Shown here: positions 59,084 to 64,000 of the stretch, in pieces | Numbering within the stretch: position 1 is the stretch's first letter | Layout of the letters: each line of letters opens with the position of its first letter | Origin: Actinomycetes bacterium | Lineage (GTDB): Bacteria; Actinomycetota; Acidimicrobiia; Acidimicrobiales; JAKAVM01 | Assembly: GCA_021827485.1 (NCBI GenBank) | Contig: JAKAVM010000101.1 | Location: 2,766 to 66,765, forward strand | Reading direction: 5' to 3' | DNA: 64,000 nt | Made by a program: the position numbers and the translations under genes | Notes under the pieces: model-generated | Database searches by the model: none | What the model saw: the letters and a program-made list of their open reading frames with translations, nothing else | Told to the model about the DNA's origin: nothing

Positions 59084-60124
59084 CTATAAAGACTTCCCAC
59101 TAATTATTTCCAGAGCTCTATTAGCCAAAATATCGACTTGTTCTCCATAAATTCGATAGTCCCTTTGATCTCCGGCTCCAGCTCCAAGGGCATATCTTGA
59201 AAATACTCCTTCTAGAATACAAGCTAGTTTCCAATATCCAAAAGCTACATAGTAGTCAAGTTTCTCAATATCTATATCGCCCAGCGAACTATAAATATTA
59301 GCCATTTCTTGCCGACTCATGAACCCCCCTTCTGCGGTCGGGGCCGATTCGAGTGCTGTGATTGGGTCTCCCTCCTCTGCCCAGTAGACCATCAAAAGAC
59401 CAAGGTCGGCCATAGGATCACCGAGAGTACAAAGTTCCCAGTCCAAAACTGCCAAGAGATTTCCTTGAAAATCAAGTACACAATTGTCGAGACGATAATC
59501 CCCGTGGACTATAGAGGTACGGGTTTGAGCAGGAACATTGGAACTCAGATAATGGTATGCCTGCTCTACGCTTTTCACGACCCGCCCAGTTAGTTCCTGT
59601 GAACTTAGAAATTGAGAGAACCAACGCTTTAGTTGTCGTTCTATGTAGCCTTGCTTTTTGGATAGATCGCCTAATCCGATTGCATCTGGGTCAATTGAAT
59701 GTAGTGCATATAGTGCCTCGATCAACGAGCGTGATGCTTTGCTACGAAAAGGTGTCCCGAGATCGGCTAAAGCCTCAACATCTCGCAAGATATAGCCTTC
59801 GACAAACTCCATCAGGTAGAAGGTTGAGCCTGTGATATTTAGATCTGTACAGATCCCAATGGTTTTGGGAACAGCAAAGTTCACTTGATTGAGGGAACTG
59901 ATAATTTTAAATTCTCGGGCCATATCGTGAGCGGTTGGCAGCACATGGGAAACTGGGGGACGGCGCAGGCAGACTTTATGCCCAAGAGAGTCTGTTACCT
60001 CAAAGGTCAGATTGGATCGCCCTCCCGAGATTAGATTGAATTCATAAGGAGCTTTCAAGTGCTCATACCTGGAAGAAATCCACTCCGAGGTTTGTTGAAT
60101 ATCAATACCGAATTCGTTTTGCAT
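59084..60124 (-). CDS. Phosphotransferase (APH/choline-kinase-like) family protein
   Basis: HGDYRLDN catalytic loop and DWELCTLGDP. Confidence 0.75.
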   Translation of the reverse strand: MQNEFGIDIQQTSEWISSRYEHLKAPYEFNLISGGRSNLTFEVTDSLGHKVCLRRPPVSHVLPTAHDMAREFKIISSLNQVNFAVPKTIGICTDLNITGSTFYLMEFVEGYILRDVEALADLGTPFRSKASRSLIEALYALHSIDPDAIGLGDLSKKQGYIERQLKRWFSQFLSSQELTGRVVKSVEQAYHYLSSNVPAQTRTSIVHGDYRLDNCVLDFQGNLLAVLDWELCTLGDPMADLGLLMVYWAEEGDPITALESAPTAEGGFMSRQEMANIYSSLGDIDIEKLDYYVAFGYWKLACILEGVFSRYALGAGAGDQRDYRIYGEQVDILANRALEIISGKSL

Positions 60125-60153
60125 AGACTAAGTGCCGTTCATAAAGTGAGTGT

Positions 60154-60927
60154 TTGTTAGAGATGATAGATGTAACTGACCAAGATTTCCAAGAAAGAGT
60201 CTTAGAGGCTTCCAAGGCGCATCCCGTCGTGGTAGATCTATGGGCGCCTTGGTGCGGACCGTGTCGCCAGTTGGGACCGATCTTAGAAGAGGTGATAGAC
60301 GCCACTGAAGGTAAAGTTGTATTGGCAAAGGTAAATGTGGATGAAAATCCTCAGATTTCCGCTCGCTTTTCGGTTCAATCTATCCCGGCCGTTTATGCCA
60401 TCAAAGACGCAAAGGCAGTTGATGGATTTGTGGGTGCTCAGCCAAGACAGTTCATTGAAAACTTTGTCAAAGGCCTGCTTCCCTCTCAGGCAGATATGCT
60501 TGTTGCACTAGGTGATGAAAGCTCCCTACGGTATGCACTTGAACTTGAAGCTGATCATCAAGGTGCGATCGAAGCTCTTTCGGAACTTTTGGTAGGGAAA
60601 GGGGTAATCGACGAAGCCGAGGAACTCATCAAGCGCATTCCAGAAACTCCAAGAACTCGGAAGCTAGCAGCAAAGTGTAGGTTGATTCGGGCTAATCTTC
60701 TAAGCGATGATGTGAGTGGCCAAAACAATCGTGACGAGATCGTTGCAAATCAAGTCAAGAGTAATGGGAGTCTTACAAAGATTGAATCAGAGCTGGAAGA
60801 GCTACTTGCCAAGATACCTGGTGATGATAGTGCGAAGAGTCAATTCTTAGACATTTTGGCAACTCTTGAGCCCGACGATCCTATTGTTGTAAGTTATCGC
60901 AAGAAACTAGCGGCAAAAATCTTTTGA
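60154..60927 (+). CDS. Thioredoxin-domain protein with TPR-like C-terminal domain (YbbN-like)
   Basis: WAPWCGPCRQL active site followed by a helical repeat region. Confidence 0.8.
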   Translation: MLEMIDVTDQDFQERVLEASKAHPVVVDLWAPWCGPCRQLGPILEEVIDATEGKVVLAKVNVDENPQISARFSVQSIPAVYAIKDAKAVDGFVGAQPRQFIENFVKGLLPSQADMLVALGDESSLRYALELEADHQGAIEALSELLVGKGVIDEAEELIKRIPETPRTRKLAAKCRLIRANLLSDDVSGQNNRDEIVANQVKSNGSLTKIESELEELLAKIPGDDSAKSQFLDILATLEPDDPIVVSYRKKLAAKIF

Positions 60928-61793
60928 GCACCCCCAGAACCGTAGTTGAAGGCGTGGCTCGCTCGCTTAGGCTTGGCGAAAAGAGCTTTAACATTCACAG
61001 GAGGCCACTTGTGATGGCCATCCTGAATCGAACTCCAGATTCATTTTCGGAAAAGGGAAAATACTATGCGATTGATGATCTGCTTAGACGTTCCGAACAA
61101 GTGATATCTCAAGGGGCGGATATCTTAGATATTGGAGGTGTAAAAGCTGGCCCCGGTCCTGAGGTTAGCCAAGCAGAAGAGCTAGATAGAGTCCTTCCAG
61201 TTGTAGAGCGTTTAGCAAAAAGCTTCGACATTCCTATTTCAGTTGATACGTGGAGCGCAACGGTTGCAGAAGAATCCTTTCGACTAGGGGCATGTATCGG
61301 CAATGATATTTCAGGTTTTCAAGATCCCCACTACCTAGAGGTGGCTTATAAGTATGGGGCTTGCGTTGTGGCAACACATATTCGGCTAGCCCCGCGAGTG
61401 GCTGACCCACAACCACACTACAATGATTTAGTCAATGACGTAGTTGGAAGGTTGGAGGAGTTGTCTAATATGGCTTTGGCAATTGGAATTAGACCAGACC
61501 AGATAATTGTAGATGCAGGTCTCGATCTTGGAAAAACGTCACAACAATCGCTGGAGTTATTGCGAGCGACCGATAAACTGTGTGCACTTGGATATCCAGT
61601 GCTCTTGTCTGCATCCAACAAGACCTTTTTGGGAGACTTACTCGGGCTAGAGGTTGAGTTAAGGCGAGATGCTTCACTGGCCAGTGCGGGAGTTGGAGTT
61701 GCATTGGGAGCACGTATTCTAAGAGTTCACGACGTAATTGGGACGCGTCGACTTTGCGATGGGTTGACCTTGATACTCGAGGCCCTTAGATGA
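60924..61793 (+). CDS. folP: Dihydropteroate synthase
   Basis: MAILNRTPDSFS, DILDIGG, SVDT, RVHDV. Confidence 0.85.
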   Translation: MSTPRTVVEGVARSLRLGEKSFNIHRRPLVMAILNRTPDSFSEKGKYYAIDDLLRRSEQVISQGADILDIGGVKAGPGPEVSQAEELDRVLPVVERLAKSFDIPISVDTWSATVAEESFRLGACIGNDISGFQDPHYLEVAYKYGACVVATHIRLAPRVADPQPHYNDLVNDVVGRLEELSNMALAIGIRPDQIIVDAGLDLGKTSQQSLELLRATDKLCALGYPVLLSASNKTFLGDLLGLEVELRRDASLASAGVGVALGARILRVHDVIGTRRLCDGLTLILEALR

Positions 61794-62839
61794 GTATTCA
61801 AGCATCGGTTGCCAATCTCTATTATGTCAAAGGTGAAGAAGGAACTCTTGTCGAAAATGAGATCAGAAAGATTGTTGCAAGTCTAGTTGGAATCACTGAG
61901 GTTAGTACCTCAAACACCAAGTCATCAGGTGGATCGAGTGATTTTGATGAAGCTTGTGAGATTGAGCATTTTATCGCTGGGCAGTGCGAGATAGGTCAGG
62001 TAATTCAATCGTGCTCGACACCTGCATTTCTTACCGACAAACGTATTATTGTATTACGACAGATAGGGATGCTTTCTGCAGCGCAAGCCAATGAGTTGGT
62101 TGAGTATTTGAAAGAGCCGCTTAATACTACTTTTCTTATTCTCGTTGGTGGGGGCGGGCGTATTAGCTCGTCACTCGAGAAACTACTGAAATCTTCATCT
62201 GCTTTGACGGTCGATGTCTCGGTTCCAAGCGGAGCGAAGGCCAAAGCTCAGTGGCTGGATGAGAAATTAAATCAAGCTAACGTGAAGATGGACTTAAAGG
62301 CAAAGGAATTGCTGCTTGATCATATTGGTGAAGAGGTGGATCGAGTTGACAGCCTACTTGAGACAATCATCGCCTCATCAGATCGGAAGGCTAAGATAAC
62401 ACCTGACGTCCTCTTGCCTTTACTGGGGGCAGGTGGCGGAGTTCCTCCGTGGGAACTAACTGATGCAATTGATACAGGCGATACCGATCTAGCGCTTCGA
62501 AAACTATCTCGAATGACATTCTCTGGGGGCAAGAATGCAATCTCTATTTTGGCAATCTTGCATCGACACTTTAGGGACATGTTCGCCCTCGATGGTTCAG
62601 GGGCAGGCAACGATGCGGCGGCGGGCGAGATTTTAGGAATTGCTTCCACTTTCCGAGCAGGAAAACTTAGGAGGCAGTCAACGAAACTTGGGTCCGAGAA
62701 GCTAGCAAGAGCAATCGTTCTTTTGCAAGAAGCCGATCTAGATCTGCGAGGCAGGATAGATTGGCCAGCTGAGCTGATTATGGAAGTGTTAGTTGCGAGG
62801 CTTAGCAGGCTACCTGCTCAAGGTGTCCAGAGACGCTAG
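61790..62839 (+). CDS. holA: DNA polymerase III delta subunit
   Basis: Size and the conserved position before rpsT. The C-terminal LLQEADLDLRG pattern fits. Confidence 0.7.
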   Translation: MSIQASVANLYYVKGEEGTLVENEIRKIVASLVGITEVSTSNTKSSGGSSDFDEACEIEHFIAGQCEIGQVIQSCSTPAFLTDKRIIVLRQIGMLSAAQANELVEYLKEPLNTTFLILVGGGGRISSSLEKLLKSSSALTVDVSVPSGAKAKAQWLDEKLNQANVKMDLKAKELLLDHIGEEVDRVDSLLETIIASSDRKAKITPDVLLPLLGAGGGVPPWELTDAIDTGDTDLALRKLSRMTFSGGKNAISILAILHRHFRDMFALDGSGAGNDAAAGEILGIASTFRAGKLRRQSTKLGSEKLARAIVLLQEADLDLRGRIDWPAELIMEVLVARLSRLPAQGVQRR

Positions 62840-62887
62840 TTGTGAGGAGGCTTTGCGTCTAGTTACTTGACCGCTCGGAGGCGCTAG

Positions 62888-63163
62888 CTATGAGGAGGCT
62901 TTGAGAGCGTTGATCCGCTTCATCAACTTAGATTTGCGGTTTGCTGCTTGATTTGCATGCATGACGCCCTTGGATTTGGCCGAATCAATATTTTTTATAG
63001 CCAGTCGTAGTGCCTCTTGAGATTCAGCACTGGAGGGATCAGCTTCTGCGAGACTTACAGCATTCTTTACCCTAGTTTTCATCTCTGAGCGCACCGACTT
63101 ATTCCGAAGTCTTCGGGTCTCATTCTGTTTATTCCGCTTGATCTGACTCTTGATATTGGCCAT
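62888..63163 (-). CDS. rpsT: 30S ribosomal protein S20
   Basis: MANIKSQIKRNKQNETRRLRNKSVRS. Confidence 0.95.
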   Translation of the reverse strand: MANIKSQIKRNKQNETRRLRNKSVRSEMKTRVKNAVSLAEADPSSAESQEALRLAIKNIDSAKSKGVMHANQAANRKSKLMKRINALKASS

Positions 63164-63198
63164 GGGTTCAAAATGTTATCAAATATAAGGACTGAAAG

Positions 63199-63990
63199 CT
63201 AATCTTCTTGGTTCGCATGGTCCGGTGGGCAGGTTGGTTGACCTGGTTGGGGCTCGCCTGGCGCAGTGGGCTGGCCCTGCTGCATCTCTTGTTCGGAAGT
63301 TGCCTGGCCCGGCTGCATCTCTTGTTCGGAAGTTGCCTGGCCCGGCCGCATCTCTTCCAAATTCTCAAAGAATGTAAATAGATCTTTCGGACGGGCTTTG
63401 CGAATCTTGCGTGAAGAACTCCTCGAAGTAGCAGAGACAAATAGGAAAACCAATATCGCAAGTCCCAGTAAGATAACAAATGCAATTGAGCCTGGACTGA
63501 GAGCTATGGTTTGAACGCTTTGGCGGGCTAAAGTTGTGGGCCTTGGTCCAAAGGACCCATCGAGTTCGTTTAGAGTATATGCAACTGTCGGTACTTGATT
63601 GATTTGTATCTCAAGTTCAGTGAAATAGTATGGATAGCTACTCCAGATAATGCTTGCTGCATCTTCTTGTGCTACATAGCTGGGAACACAACTCCCATTG
63701 GCGGTGATTTTGGAACTAGGTACAGTCGGGCAAAGTTTTTTGTTGAATTTTGCAGTCAGCAAAATTAACGACGGTGAAATCGAATTTGGGTTTGTCGTGA
63801 TCTTAGCGTCATAAAAACCCGCGTGATTTAGTGAGTCCAATGTTTTGTATGAACCACCTAGACTTCCGCAGCTGCCGAGCACTAGTGCCATGGTCAAGAG
63901 CAACCCTGGCTTCCAATAAGCAATCCGATGCCCACCGACCGGGGCGGGCTCGCCGCGACCAGACAAGATAGGGGTTTTCGTATTAGGCAA
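63199..63990 (-). CDS. Putative lipoprotein with one C-proximal TM segment and a repeat-encoded Pro/Gln/Glu-rich tail
   Basis: LTMALVLGSCG lipobox-like signal. The tail is EMQPGQATSEQ x2-3. Confidence 0.45.
   Translation of the reverse strand: MPNTKTPILSGRGEPAPVGGHRIAYWKPGLLLTMALVLGSCGSLGGSYKTLDSLNHAGFYDAKITTNPNSISPSLILLTAKFNKKLCPTVPSSKITANGSCVPSYVAQEDAASIIWSSYPYYFTELEIQINQVPTVAYTLNELDGSFGPRPTTLARQSVQTIALSPGSIAFVILLGLAILVFLFVSATSRSSSRKIRKARPKDLFTFFENLEEMRPGQATSEQEMQPGQATSEQEMQQGQPTAPGEPQPGQPTCPPDHANQED
63280..63358. repeat. 33-bp in-frame tandem repeat, about 2.4 copies
   Basis: ctgcatctcttgttcggaagttgcctggcccgg at 63280 and 63313, with a partial third copy. Confidence 0.85.
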
Positions 63991-64000
63991 AGAAAGTGAG

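Overview
The housekeeping genes in this window look actinobacterial: pcrA, guaA, a GuaB3-like gene, scpAB, rluB, aroH-tyrA-aroA, cmk, leuS, lnt, a PAC2 protein, folP, holA and rpsT. Hand counts on a few 60-nt lines give about 37-50% GC for this backbone. Accessory patches interrupt it. The main one is a complete type V CRISPR-Cas locus at about 36.8-46.8 kb. It holds a cas4-cas1 fusion, cas2, a 35-repeat array (36-nt repeat, 34 unique spacers) and a 1200-aa Cas12b-family effector with all three RuvC catalytic residues. Three things about the locus stand out. First, perfect 110-bp direct repeats bracket the whole locus and duplicate the 3' end of the upstream SEC-C-motif gene, as at an attL/attR pair, yet no recombinase lies inside. 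Second, the effector gene is about 60% GC while the adaptation genes are about 45-50%. Third, a Phd/RelE-like toxin-antitoxin pair sits between cas2 and the CRISPR leader. I could not confidently place a tracrRNA. Other accessory content includes an IS1634-family element next to a truncated SDR gene, a pair of ~184-bp repeats bracketing RHH-PIN modules, and a RES-Xre module with an oversized antitoxin. There is also a VapBC pair, an orphan VapB-like antitoxin, two orphan AAA ATPases, an m5C methyltransferase with a putative restriction partner, and a GC-rich katG patch beside tRNA-Ala. Short tandem repeats with 12-48 bp units are unusually common, and several are in frame inside genes, including aroA. 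All calls come from reading motifs by eye and from memory of protein families. No searches were run.
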